In this document: in pieces, positions 10,014 to 20,132 of the stretch
Position numbering within the stretch: the first letter of the stretch is position 1
How the letters are laid out: every line of letters starts with the position of its first letter
Assembly: GCA_963844035.1 (NCBI GenBank)
Contig: CAWJMT010000037.1
Coordinates: 1 to 64,000 of the forward strand
Length of the DNA stretch: 64,000 nucleotides
Direction: 5' to 3'
Origin: an uncultured Gemmatimonadales bacterium
GTDB lineage: Bacteria; Gemmatimonadota; Gemmatimonadetes; Gemmatimonadales; GWC2-71-9
The notes under the pieces: model-generated
Seen by the model: only the letters and a program-made list of their open reading frames with translations
The model's database searches: none
What the model was told of the DNA's origin: nothing
Translations under genes and position numbers: made by a program

Positions 10014-10931
10014 TCAGGCGCCCGGCCGATCCGTCCGCATCGGCGTGGGTGGGGTTTCAACCGGCTCCCGGACCACGCGCTCGTACTCGGCAATCACCTG
10101 CGCGCCCAGGAGTAAGATGATCGCGGCGATATCAACGCTGAGCAGCGTTGCAATCGCGGTGGCCAGCGAACCGTAGACCACCCGGATTTGCGATAACGTG
10201 CTGTAGTACCACACCAGCGCGTGGCGCGTGACCTCCCATAGGATGGCGGCGGTGACGCCACCGATGAGCGCGTGCCGCACGTTCGGAAGCCCGACCGGCA
10301 TCACGAGATAGATCGCCGTGAGTATGAAGATTTCGCCCACGACGCCTGTCAGGTACAGGAGGGAGCTGGACAGCTCACCGAGCCCGTGCGGCATGCCGAA
10401 TACGGTGACGTCCCGGGCACCCAGAACCGCAAGCCTGCCGGACACGAACGTCACCACCAGCAACCCGAATCCGAGGAACATCATGAAGACGTAAGGGAGC
10501 ACGGCCGACACGACGAACCTGCGGCGGCGCATCGCCACGCGGTGGTAGAAGATGACCAACATCGCGTTTTCGAGCACGGTGAACGCGAGCGCGCTGGACA
10601 GGATCATCACGACGAGCAGCGCGCCGCTGATTGCTTCGTGCTGCCCGACAAACGCGCGCAACTCATCCACGAGCGCCCGCGCTTGTCCGGGCACCACGAA
10701 CTCCAGATACTCGGAGAGCGCGGTCAGCAACTGCTGCTCGGCGATCACGTGCGACAGGGCGATCACCAGGAGGATCAGCAGCGGGATCAGCGACAACAGC
10801 GTGTAGTATGCGACGGCCCCGGCCAACAGCAGCCCTTGGTTCGCCCGAAACGCCTTGAGCACGCGTACCGCAAAACGGGCCGGATGCTTGAGGATCTCGG
10901 CGGAATGGTCGCGTAACCGGCGCGTCGCCAT
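10014..10931 (-). CDS. YihY/virulence factor BrkB family membrane protein
   Basis: LAGAVAYYTLLSLIPL, VYGSLA and LLLGAQV motifs. Confidence 0.9.
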   Translation of the reverse strand: MATRRLRDHSAEILKHPARFAVRVLKAFRANQGLLLAGAVAYYTLLSLIPLLILLVIALSHVIAEQQLLTALSEYLEFVVPGQARALVDELRAFVGQHEAISGALLVVMILSSALAFTVLENAMLVIFYHRVAMRRRRFVVSAVLPYVFMMFLGFGLLVVTFVSGRLAVLGARDVTVFGMPHGLGELSSSLLYLTGVVGEIFILTAIYLVMPVGLPNVRHALIGGVTAAILWEVTRHALVWYYSTLSQIRVVYGSLATAIATLLSVDIAAIILLLGAQVIAEYERVVREPVETPPTPMRTDRPGA

Positions 10932-11369
10932 CTCGGGGAGGCTACGGCTACCGGACCGCGCCGAAGGTCTTCCGGGGCGGCGGCACTGATCGGCGTGCCG
11001 CAAAGCAGCAGCACGACGCCAAGCCTGGCAGCCTGATCCCGTTGGTTGATCTCAAGTACCGTGAAGATGCTGCAAGGCCGCCCGGCGGACTAGGGCGATT
11101 CATCAGTTCATCGTCTCACCCGCGCCCAGTTCCGGCTCGGGTTTTGAGGTGAACGGCCGCGCCACATGTCGCGCCACTTTCCACGTTCGTATGTTCGTTG
11201 GCAGTGCAGGCACCACAGGTATTCGGAACACACCAACGCTCCGCCGCCGGTACCCAAAGAACGCAGCACAGTGGGATTGAGCGCACCTGTGTGTGCGCCG
11301 TCGAATACGAAGCGACCGCTTCAGCTCTATGGGCCGAAACGGTCGCTCGTGAGGGCGGATTACGCGAGA

Positions 11370-12235
11370 TCATGGGGCGGTCGTCGAACCTGTGTTGCGG
11401 TAGCCGCTCGGCAGGTAGCCCGATCTCACGTGGCGCACTCGGCCGTAGAACAACCCGGTCGTGCCGGGCGTGTAGAAGGACTGTGTGACGCCGGGAGCCG
11501 CGGTCCCAGCGGAAGTCCACACCCCGTTCTTGTTAATCTCGACTTCGGTCGAAGCCGCAGGATCAGCGTTCGCCCACGACACCTTGAGATACTTCGGGGT
11601 CGGGATGTACTCGATCAGGCAGCTCGTCGGCGTGGGGAGACAGGTGCCAACTGTGACGCTCGACGTGCCGACTCACGCCGTCGAGCATTGCGGTGATCGT
11701 GGCTTGTCCAACCGCAAGACCGATGACTGTGGCCGTACGGGTTCCGGTCGACGCCACCGTTGCGCCACTCGTGTTCGAGCTCGACCACGCGACGGTTCCG
11801 GGAGTCAACGTTCTCCCCCATTGATCCTTGGCGGTCGCCGTCAGGTACCCGCCGCCGTTCAAGCAGACCGACAAAGCGGAGGGTGACACGGTTACCGTGC
11901 TCGCCTTAATGACGGGCCAGCTAAAACTCACCATCAGCCGGAACGTCTCGGGAGGAGCATTTGGCTCGCTGGCGCAGCGGAGGTCAACGTCGACGGACGG
12001 AAGCACGGTCACCACCTTCTTCTCCTCTAAACCGAACAAGCGGTAGTTGTCGGTCGCAGACCCAGACCGCCACTCCAGTGGTGATGGTTCTGGTAAACCC
12101 ACGTTCGACCCGAGTGGTATAGCTCGGCACCGCTCTAGATCGTGCGTGTCCCAGTAGTGGAAGAACCAGAAGTCGTCGTTCAACACGTTGAACGGGTCCG
12201 AATCCGTTTCTCGCGCGGCAATGAGGCAGGAAAAC
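11370..12235 (-). pseudogene. C-terminal part of a surface protein (bacterial Ig-like Big_2 plus FN3-like domain) lacking its N-terminus
   Basis: VTVSPSALSVCLNGGGYLTATAKDQWG...WSSSNTSGATV...GQATITA (Big_2). After a frameshift near 11670 it continues to ...YGRVRHVRSG...* at 11370. Confidence 0.6.
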
Positions 12236-12652
12236 TCTGACGTGGTGGTGCCCTCCTGGGAGGAGAGCGCGCACTGGAAGGAACGAATGCGATCCTGAAA
12301 CCCGTTCTGGGCGATGATGCGTTCGAGTAGAGCGAAGTTCGCGGGATCGGGTTCTAGGGCCAGCGCCTCGAAGTGCACGTATTTGAGCAGTGCCACAGAA
12401 GTCACACCGACGTTCGCGCCCACATCAATGACGCAGCCGCTGAGGACCGTCGCTCAGGTGCCCGTCAGCTCGCAGCACGGCGAGCGCCGTATGCATCAAC
12501 TCGGTTTCGTACCTCCGCTTCAGATACAGGCATCGTCCGATGGCTTGGTCGCGCGTATCGAAAGACAGGAGGCCGTTGGCGGTCCGCTAGGTGAGAACTG
12601 TCGGAGGCTGGCGCTGAAAAATCCAGGACCAGTAGTAGCGTCGGGCCACCCA
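12236..12652 (-). pseudogene. Truncated FkbM family methyltransferase
   Basis: VIDVGANVG, ALEPDPANFALL and FQCALS motifs. In-frame TAG at 12587-12589, frameshift near 12440, and the C-terminal half is missing. Confidence 0.7.
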
Positions 12653-12808
12653 TTCGGGGTGGAGCAACGCGTCGACAATGCGTCGTCTCAACGACACGAG
12701 ACCGGGTTTCTAGCTCGCTTTGGCGATGACTTCGTCACCGGGTCGATCGGGGATCCACCGCGAATCCCGTGGAACATCATATACGCAAGTTTGGGAGTCT
12801 GGCCGAAG

Positions 12809-14297
12809 CTACGCAATCAGGTACTCTCGCAGTCGCGATCCCTGCCGCCGCCCCTCCAGCGCCTTGGCGCTCACCATCACCGCGCACATGCCTCCCTGCT
12901 GCGCCACGTTCACCACCGCGCTCTGGGATGTCGCGCGCCACCAGCCCCACCCCGTACCGGCTCGGCGCAAACCCCATCACGATGTAAAACGGCTCGACGC
13001 GCAGCTCACCCGATTCATCCAGCACGTGAAACGGCTTCTGCGGAATCGGCGCGGCCTGCTGCACCACCCAGCGGCTCGCATCCCCGAGCACCCGCTGTAA
13101 CGCGGAGTCCCACTCACCCTGCGCTGCCGTCGCCCCGACGAGCACCCCCTCGCCCCCATACGCCCGATTGGGCTTGAGCACGAGCGACTCGCGCTCCTTC
13201 CGCGCGTACTCGAGCAGGTCCACAAGCTTGCCCGCCGCCGACACAGTGCGGCGCTCGGAGACGAGGCGCGTCCACAGCACGTGCCGCCGCACCATCTGCC
13301 GCTCCTCCACCGTCAGAAACTGATCGGCCAGCTCCGGATCGGTGAGCACTTCAAAACAGCTCTTCTGATCGAGCTCGGCGGAGATGGACGACACGACGCG
13401 ATTCTGCTTGAGCAGCGCCCGCATCGGCGCGACATCCACGCCGTCCCTCGCCATGTCAGTCAGATCGAGCACGCTCGCGTCGCGGTACACGATGTCCACG
13501 CGCTTGTCGCCGTACCATACGTCGTCGCCCTTCAGGCGCAGCTCGCTCGCGTCCGCGTGCAGCACCGGCAGCCCATGATGCTCTCGAAGGAACGCGACAA
13601 TGGCATCCGGTTCGTCCGGCCCTTCCATCACGTATTTGGGATCGACGAGCACGATCTGCCCGTCCCGCGCGCCGGTCGCCGCGAGATGCTCGAGCAGATC
13701 CTGGAGCAACAGCTCCCGTATGTCGTCGGTGAACTGGAGCCGGATGCTCGGATCCTGGGCCAGGAGCGCCGGGAGAACGGTATCGGCCAGGACCCGCATC
13801 GCCGTCGGCCCCATGTGAAGGCCGCCGATGCCGCTCAGGTTCGATTCCATGAACTTGATGGAGTCGAGCCAACCGGGCGTCGCGTAGTCCACCACCGCAT
13901 CGAGCCGGCCGAAGACCGTGTTCGCCTCGCGATGCGCCGGCGTCCAGCACTCCCGCAGCCACTCGTCCTCGACCGGCGTGAGGCGCAGAACCTCATGCAC
14001 TCTTGGCACCTGGAAATAGAGGTCGGGGAGTCGCTTGAGACAGTTGAGCAGGGTCTGCGAGATGTGATGCGTGTACCCGACCTGATCCGGCCGGAGCACG
14101 ATGGGGCAGGGGAGCAGCCGGACGGTCTCGGTCACCCCGTCGCGTTGATACGCCATGTGCCTGGCGGTCGCCTCGCGATGGATCGCGTGGATCAGCGCGA
14201 CCATCTGCGCGGGCGGGATCCGGTCGAGCGCGTGCTGCACGCGCGCGGCCAGGCGCTGCGCCATGAGACCGACTTCTTCCCCGGGGGTGCGAACCAT
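12809..14297 (-). CDS. Circularly permuted ATP-grasp / glutathionylspermidine-synthase-like amide ligase; frameshift near 12925
   Basis: GRLD, KFMESN, VDIVYRD, LDQKSCFEVL, LVLKPNRAYGGEGV, WVVQQ, VVNVAQQGG. Confidence 0.8.
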
Positions 14298-14306
14298 GTT
14301 GGCGGG

Positions 14307-14317
14307 CGTATAATACG
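14307..14317. promoter_or_regulatory. Symmetric bidirectional -10 element CGTAT-A-ATACG (TATAAT on +, TATTAT on -)
   Basis: Lies in the 25-bp gap between divergent start codons 14297 and 14323; no SD on either side. Confidence 0.65.
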
Positions 14318-14322
14318 GCGAC

Positions 14323-15830
14323 GTGAAACCGGAACAAGCCTACCAGGAACTGGTGCAGCTGTCGCGCGACGAGACCCTCCTCGCGTCCTGTCTCGACCTG
14401 CTCGAGTGGGACGAGGAGGTCGCGATGCCGCGCGGCGGCGTGGAGCACCGCGCGGAGCAGATGGCGCTGCTCGCGGGGCTCGTGCACGAGCGCGGCACCA
14501 ATCCCCGCTACGAAGAGCTGCTCGGCACGCTGGAGGGGTCCGCGCTGGTGCGGGACGCCGAGAGCCCCGAGGCCGTGAACGTGCGCGAGCTGCGCCGCGC
14601 CTTCGATCGGGAGCGCAAGAAGCCCCGGCGGCTGGTCGAGGAGTCGGCCCGGGTGACGGCCCGCGCGTCGCAGGCCTGGGCCGACGCGCGCGAGCGGGAC
14701 GACTTCCAGAGTTTCGCGCCCTGGCTCGACCGGGTCTTCGCGCTGGCGCGGGAGGAAGCCGATGCGGTGGGCTTCATCGGCGAGCGGTACCAGGCGTTGC
14801 TCGACGACTACGAGCCCGGCATGACGGTCGCGCAGCTCGAGGCCCTGTTTGACGCGCCTCGAAAGGGCGCTGGCGCCGCTCGCGCAGGCGGTGCGGGTCG
14901 AGCGGCCGCCGCAGGCCTGGGACGTGCTCGCGCGCGAGTTTCCCCTCGAACGCCAGCCGGTGCTCGCACGGCAGGTCGCGGCGGCGCTTGGCTTCGACCT
15001 CGAGGGCGGCCGCCTCGACGTGGGGCCGCACCCGTTCTGCACGGTCATCGGCCCCGGGGACATCCGGATGGCGCTGCGCTACCACGCGCACGACTTCGCC
15101 CGCGGATTCTTCGCCCTGCTGCACGAAACCGGGCATGCGCTGTACGACCAGGGGCTCGATCCCGCGCACTACGGAACGCCCATGGGGGAAGCGGCATCGC
15201 CCGGTCTTCACGAGTCGCAATCGCGCCTGTGGGAGAATCTCGTCGGACGCAGCCCGGGATTCTGGCGGCACGTCTATCCGCAGATCCGGGGCGCCTTTCC
15301 CGAGCAGCTGCACGACGTCTCGATGGATGAGTTTCGCGGGGCGGTGAATCGCGTGGTACCGGGCGCCATCCGCGTACAGGCCGATGAGGTGACGTACGAC
15401 CTGCACATCATGATTCGCTTTGAGCTCGAGCGCGCCCTCCTCGCGGGCGATCTCCGGGCCGCCGAGCTCCCGGGCGCCTGGGCGGAGCGGTATCGGCGAC
15501 TACCTCGGCGTCGTGCCGGCCGACCACCGCACCGGCTGCTTGCAGGACGGGCACTGGTCGGAAGGGCTGATCGGGTACTTCCCGACGTACACGCTCGGCA
15601 ACGTCTATGCGGCCCAGCTGTTCGCGGCCGCCGAACGGGCGGTCGGCCCGTTGGATGAGGCGTTCGCCGCCGGAGACTTTCGCACGCTCAGCCGCTGGCT
15701 GAGCGAGCACGTGTACCGGCATGGGCGGCGCTACACCGCCGCCGCCATCGTCGAGCGGGCGACGGGGAGCGCACCCGATCCGTCCGCGCTGATCGCGAGC
15801 CTCGAGCGCCGCTACCGCCCGGCGGGGTGA
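14323..15830 (+). CDS. Carboxypeptidase Taq (peptidase M32); frameshifts near 14850 and 15495
   Basis: HPF, HETGH, HESQ, IRVQADE, GCLQDGHW and GYFPTY motifs across three frames. Confidence 0.92.
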
Positions 15831-15895
15831 TCGGGCGGAACGAATGATCGACGCACCGGCTATCTTTTCTCCAAATCCTTCGACGGTGCTCTCCC

Positions 15896-16342
15896 ATGTG
15901 CCGCAACATCAAAACCCTCGCCAACTTTGCACCTCCCGCGACCGACGACGAGATCCGCGCGTCGGCGCTGCAATTCGTCCGCAAGCTCAGCGGGACGGCG
16001 CGGCCTTCCCAGGGAAACGCCGCGGTGTTCGATCGGGCAGTGGAGGAGGTGACGGCGGCCGCGCAGCGTCTCATCCACTCCCTCCAGACGAACGCGCCCC
16101 CGCGCGACCGCGAAGCGGAGCGACGCAAGGCGCACGAGCGCGCGCTCAAGCGCTTCGGCCCGGCGCCCGGAGCGACTGCGCCCGGAGGACACCATGACGG
16201 AGTGAGCGCGTTGCCGGGTGAGGCGTTACCGGATGAAGCGTTGCCGGTTGAGCGTCTGCCTGGAACGCCTTCTCTCGGCAACGCCTCTTGTCGGCAACGC
16301 CCTTTGTCGGCAACGTTCTTGTCCGACAACGCCACCAGCTGA
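15896..16342 (+). CDS. DUF2277 family protein (C-terminus reads through a repeat array)
   Basis: MCRNIKTLANFAPPATDDEIRASALQFVRKLSG. Confidence 0.85.
   Translation: MCRNIKTLANFAPPATDDEIRASALQFVRKLSGTARPSQGNAAVFDRAVEEVTAAAQRLIHSLQTNAPPRDREAERRKAHERALKRFGPAPGATAPGGHHDGVSALPGEALPDEALPVERLPGTPSLGNASCRQRPLSATFLSDNATS
16208..16332. repeat. Mirrored short-repeat array: GCGTTRCCG units followed by reverse-complement CGGCAACG units
   Basis: Forward units at 16208, 16223, 16238 (15-bp period) and a degenerate one at 16252. Inverted units at 16276, 16292, 16308, 16324 (16-bp period). Confidence 0.85.
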
Positions 16343-16359
16343 CAAAGGAGGAACCCGTT

Positions 16360-16911
16360 ATGAAGAGCCGCATGCGGACGATTGCGATCGTGACGGCACT
16401 CGTCAGTGCTTTGGGCGCGAGCGCCGTGTCCGCCCAGGACAAGTACGCCGTGAAGGTGCCCGGTGGGCTCGCGTTCTCCGAGTTCAGGGGATACGAAAGC
16501 TGGGTCCTTGTTTCTATCAGTGAGGACGGACCGGCGATTGCCGCGATCCTCGCGAATGCCGTGATGATCGAGGCCTATCGGGCGGGCATTCCCGGCAACG
16601 GCAAGCCGTTCCCCGACGGCTCCAAGATGGCGAAGATCCACTGGAACCCGACAAAGATGGCGATATTCCCGGCCGCGACTGTGCCGGGTGCGCAGCATGA
16701 TGTCGACTTCATGGTGAAGGACAGCAAGCGGTTCGCAGACAGCGGCGGGTGGGGATGGGCGGCGTTTGTGCATGACACCGCGTCCGGTACCTTCACGCCC
16801 GCCACTGCCTCCGCCAAGCCGCCGCAGGGGAACGACGCCAAGTGTGGACTCCAGTGCCACCAGATCGCGAAGTCGAAAGACCTCGTGTTCACGGATTACG
16901 CACCGCGCTGA
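16360..16911 (+). CDS. Cytochrome P460 family protein (secreted c-type cytochrome)
   Basis: Signal peptide, FPDGSKMAK, MVKDSKRF..SGGWGW, and C-terminal CGLQCH...DLVFT; AAGGAGG RBS. Confidence 0.88.
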   Translation: MKSRMRTIAIVTALVSALGASAVSAQDKYAVKVPGGLAFSEFRGYESWVLVSISEDGPAIAAILANAVMIEAYRAGIPGNGKPFPDGSKMAKIHWNPTKMAIFPAATVPGAQHDVDFMVKDSKRFADSGGWGWAAFVHDTASGTFTPATASAKPPQGNDAKCGLQCHQIAKSKDLVFTDYAPR

Positions 16912-16926
16912 GTGGGGGAGAGATTC

Positions 16927-17800
16927 ATGAAAACCATCATGCTCGCCGCGACCGTCGCCTCACTCGTCGCCTGGGCGCCGGCAGCGGCGCCCCCGCTGGA
17001 GCTGCGCGTCATCACCGGTTCGCCCCAGGGGTTCCTCGTCAACTCGACCCTGGTGACCGGTGCCCACGACGCCGTCCTGATTGATGGGGCGTTCACGCTG
17101 GCCGATGCCCGCAAGGTCGTCGACCAGGTGCGGGCGAGCGGCAAGAACCTCACCACCGTGTACGTCACGCACGGCCACCCCGATCACTACTTCGGGCTGG
17201 TCGTGATCAAAGAGGCATTCCCGAAGGCGCGCTTGGTCGCGCTGCCCGCCACGGTGGCCGCGATTCAAAAAACCTGGGAGTCGAAGGTGGCCCAGTGGAT
17301 CCCGCTTTATAAAGACGCGATCACCTCGGCGCCGGTTTTGCCGAGCGCGCTCGAGGGGAACTCTATCATGCTCGAGGGACAGCGCCTGGAGATCGTGGGG
17401 CCGGTGCAGGGCGACGACGCGGAAAACTCCTACGTCTGGATTCCCTCGCTGCGCGCGGTCATCACGGGGGACATCGTCTATAGCGGGGTGTTCGTCTGGA
17501 CCGCGGAAACCGATACCGCGGCCCGCACGCGCTGGGTGGCCACGCTCGATGGCTTGACGGCGCTCCATCCCGCGATCGTCGTTCCCGGCCATCAGACCCC
17601 GGAGAAGGGAACTACGGCGGCGAGCATCGCCTTCACGCGGGACTATCTCCGCGCGTTCGATCAGGCGCTGGCGAGCGCGACTACACCCGAGCAGCTCCAG
17701 GCGAAGATGAAGGGAAAGTACCCGGAGTCTGGCGCTCGACATCATCCTGAGCATCGGTTCGGAAGCGGCGTTTGCCCTGCGTTCCCCCTCTCCGCGTTAG
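16927..17800 (+). CDS. Secreted MBL-fold metallo-hydrolase; frameshift near 17730
   Basis: THGHPDH, GDIVY and VPGH motifs plus a signal peptide. Confidence 0.88.
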
Positions 17801-17824
17801 CGGAGAGGGGGCCAGGGGGTGAGG
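17780..17824 (+). repeat. Solo 45-bp palindromic REP-like unit CGTTCCCCCTCTCC-N8-GGAGAGGGGG-N3-GGGGGTGAGG
   Basis: 41/45 identical to 36116-36160. Overlaps the stop codons of both convergent flanking genes. Confidence 0.92.
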
Positions 17825-18589
17825 TCGGGACTCACCCGATCGAGGTTTGGCCGTTTGGGCCGGTCGTCACCCGATGACCCGCCCCGAAGCTGGCGCCACA
17901 CCCAGGGCAGGAAGTAGCCGTACCCCCAATGCACTTCCGCCGCGACCTTCTCTCTCCAGGACCGCGGTACCGCCTCCGGCAGCGGTGTCGACCAGGACTC
18001 ATCGGTGCCGGGCAGGCCGATCGCCCAGGCGAGGGCCGCGGCGATACGGGCGTGGCCGGCGGAGTTCGCGTGCAGCCGGTCGGGGCTCCACAACCTGGGG
18101 TCGGATCCCACGGCGTGCCGTGCAAAGTCCACGAGCATCGCTCCACTCGCCGCCGCCGCGTTCCGCAGCGCGTCATTCAGCGCGCGCACCCGCGCGGCGA
18201 TGGGCCTGGCGAGCGGCAGCACGCTCGAGAGATCGGGGAGCGTGAACCCCAGCACGGTCGCACCGCCTGCGATCAGCCGGCGCTGCATGTACTCGACGTC
18301 GCGCGCCACCGCGGCGGCATCGAAGCGCCACGCCACCACATCGTTGGTCCCCGAGAACAGGGTCACCAGATCCGGTCGCAGGGCCGCGGCCGGCTCGAGC
18401 TGCTCATCCCGGATGCGCCGCGTCGAGCGGCCCCGGACGGCGAGGTTGGCATAGAGGAGGGGCGAGCTTCTGCGTCGCCGCGAGTGTCTCGGCCAGGCGG
18501 TTGGCCCAACCGCGATAGCCGCCCTGCCCGTCGGGATCGTCGAGCCCTTCGGTCGAGCTATCGCCGATCGCTACGTAACGCGCGAACAT
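17797..18589 (-). CDS. SGNH/GDSL hydrolase; frameshift near 18460
   Basis: YVAIGDSSTEG, YANLAVRG, GTND and DRLHAN motifs. Confidence 0.9.
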
Positions 18590-18604
18590 CCGTGAAGATA
18601 CCAC

Positions 18605-18742
18605 GTGAAGTGGCTTCCACTCGTCACGCCGATCGTGGACGCGGAGTATGGGTCGGCCAGCTTCGCAGCCGCGCGGGAGCCCACCGCGTTCATCGTCCTC
18701 GTGTCCACGACGGGGCTTCTGATTCGACCGATCCCGTGGTGA
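18605..18742 (+). pseudogene. 138-bp copy of the 3' end of the gene at 36294-36926
   Basis: Encodes VKWLPLVTPIVDAEYGSASFAAAREPTAFIVLVSTTGLLIRPIPW*, colinear with 36789-36926. Confidence 0.85.
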
Positions 18743-18772
18743 TCCGCGGTCCACCCCCCTCCACCATCCTCT

Positions 18773-19447
18773 TCACCGCCTCAGAATCGGTTCGAGCACC
18801 CGCCACACATTCTCCGCCATGATCCGCGCCCCCGCAGCCGTGGGGTGCATCCCGTCGGCCTGGTTCAGCTCCGGCCGCCCCGCCACTCCCTCAAGAATGA
18901 AGGGGACCAAGGCGGCGTCGTTCACGCGCGCCAAGGCCTCGAACAGGTTCCGGAACCCGCGCGTGTAGCGCGCGCCCAGGTTGGGCGGCGCCTCCATGCC
19001 GGCCACCACGATCTGCGCTTTGGGATACCGGGCGCGCGTCCGATCGATGATCTCCTGCAGGTTGCGACGCGCCGCCGTGAGGTCCTGCCCCCGCAATGCG
19101 TCGTTGGCCCCCAGCTCGAGCACCAGCACGGCGATCGGCTGATCGAGCAGCCACTCGATGCGGCGGACGCCTGCGGCCGACGTTTCGCCGCTCACGCCGG
19201 CGTTGACCACGCGAAACCGCAGCCCGGCCGAGTCGATCTTCGTCTGGAGCAGCGCCGGATACGCGTCCTCGGGGTCGAGCCCGAGCCCTGCCGTGAGGCT
19301 CGTGCCGAAGCACAGCACAACGGGGCGCGCGTCCGCGGCGGGGACCATCACCGCCGCAGAGTCCGCCGCGCCCGCGCGGGGGCGGTCGCTGCCGCAGGCC
19401 GCGACGCACCATCCGGCCAGCAGGGTGACTACGTTTCTCGCTACCAT
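18773..19447 (-). CDS. Arylesterase / TesA-like SGNH lipoprotein
   Basis: FGTSLTAG, NAGVSGETS, ELGAND and DGMHP motifs; lipobox VAAC. Confidence 0.9.
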   Translation of the reverse strand: MVARNVVTLLAGWCVAACGSDRPRAGAADSAAVMVPAADARPVVLCFGTSLTAGLGLDPEDAYPALLQTKIDSAGLRFRVVNAGVSGETSAAGVRRIEWLLDQPIAVLVLELGANDALRGQDLTAARRNLQEIIDRTRARYPKAQIVVAGMEAPPNLGARYTRGFRNLFEALARVNDAALVPFILEGVAGRPELNQADGMHPTAAGARIMAENVWRVLEPILRR

Positions 19448-20132
19448 GATCGTCGCGGAAGACCTCGAGCAGACCTACCTGAGCGGCGGACGGCCGCTCA
19501 CCGTGCTGCGGCAAATTAACCTCGCCATCGCGCCCCAAGAGTTCGTGGCCCTCACCGGGCCCTCGGGGAGCGGCAAGACCACCCTGCTCGGCCTGCTCGC
19601 TGGGCTCGACCTCCCCACCAAGGGAGTCGTGCGACTGGACGGGGAGGATCTGCGCGGGCTCTCCGAGGACGCGCGGGCCCGGCTGCGCGCCGAGAAGGTC
19701 GGCTTTGTGTTCCAAACCTTCCAGCTGCTGCCCACCCTCACGGCGCTCGAGAACGTGCTGGTGCCGATCGAGCTGCGCGATGGGGGCGATAGCGGCGCGC
19801 GGGCGCGCGCCCACGACCTGCTCGCCCAGGTAGGCCTGGCCGACCGGCTACACCACTATCCCGCCCAGCTCTCGGGCGGCGAGCAGCAACGCGTGGGGAT
19901 CGCGCGCGCCTTCGCGGCCGCGCCCCGGATCCTGTTTGCGGACGAGCCCACCGGCAGCCTCGATGCCGAGACCGGCAAGACGGTGATCGACCTGCTCGTG
20001 CGGTTGAACGAGCAGGCGGGAACGACACTGCTGCTCGTGACGCACGATCCGGCGCTCGCGGCGCGGGCGCGACGCGTCATTCGCATCGCGGGCGGCACGA
20101 TCGTCTCCGATACCCGGAGCGACGCGCCGTGA
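19446..20132 (+). CDS. ABC transporter ATP-binding protein (YbbA-like)
   Basis: GPSGSGKT, LSGGEQQ and LFADEPT motifs. Confidence 0.93.
   Translation: MIVAEDLEQTYLSGGRPLTVLRQINLAIAPQEFVALTGPSGSGKTTLLGLLAGLDLPTKGVVRLDGEDLRGLSEDARARLRAEKVGFVFQTFQLLPTLTALENVLVPIELRDGGDSGARARAHDLLAQVGLADRLHHYPAQLSGGEQQRVGIARAFAAAPRILFADEPTGSLDAETGKTVIDLLVRLNEQAGTTLLLVTHDPALAARARRVIRIAGGTIVSDTRSDAP

Noticed and set aside
16208..16332. CRISPR array
   Set aside because: 9-bp cores, 6-7-bp spacers and a switch in orientation do not fit CRISPR.
19445..19448. Overlapping divergent start codons (CATG) of the arylesterase and ABC ATPase as a novelty
   Set aside because: A divergent, overlapping tesA-ybbA arrangement is already known.
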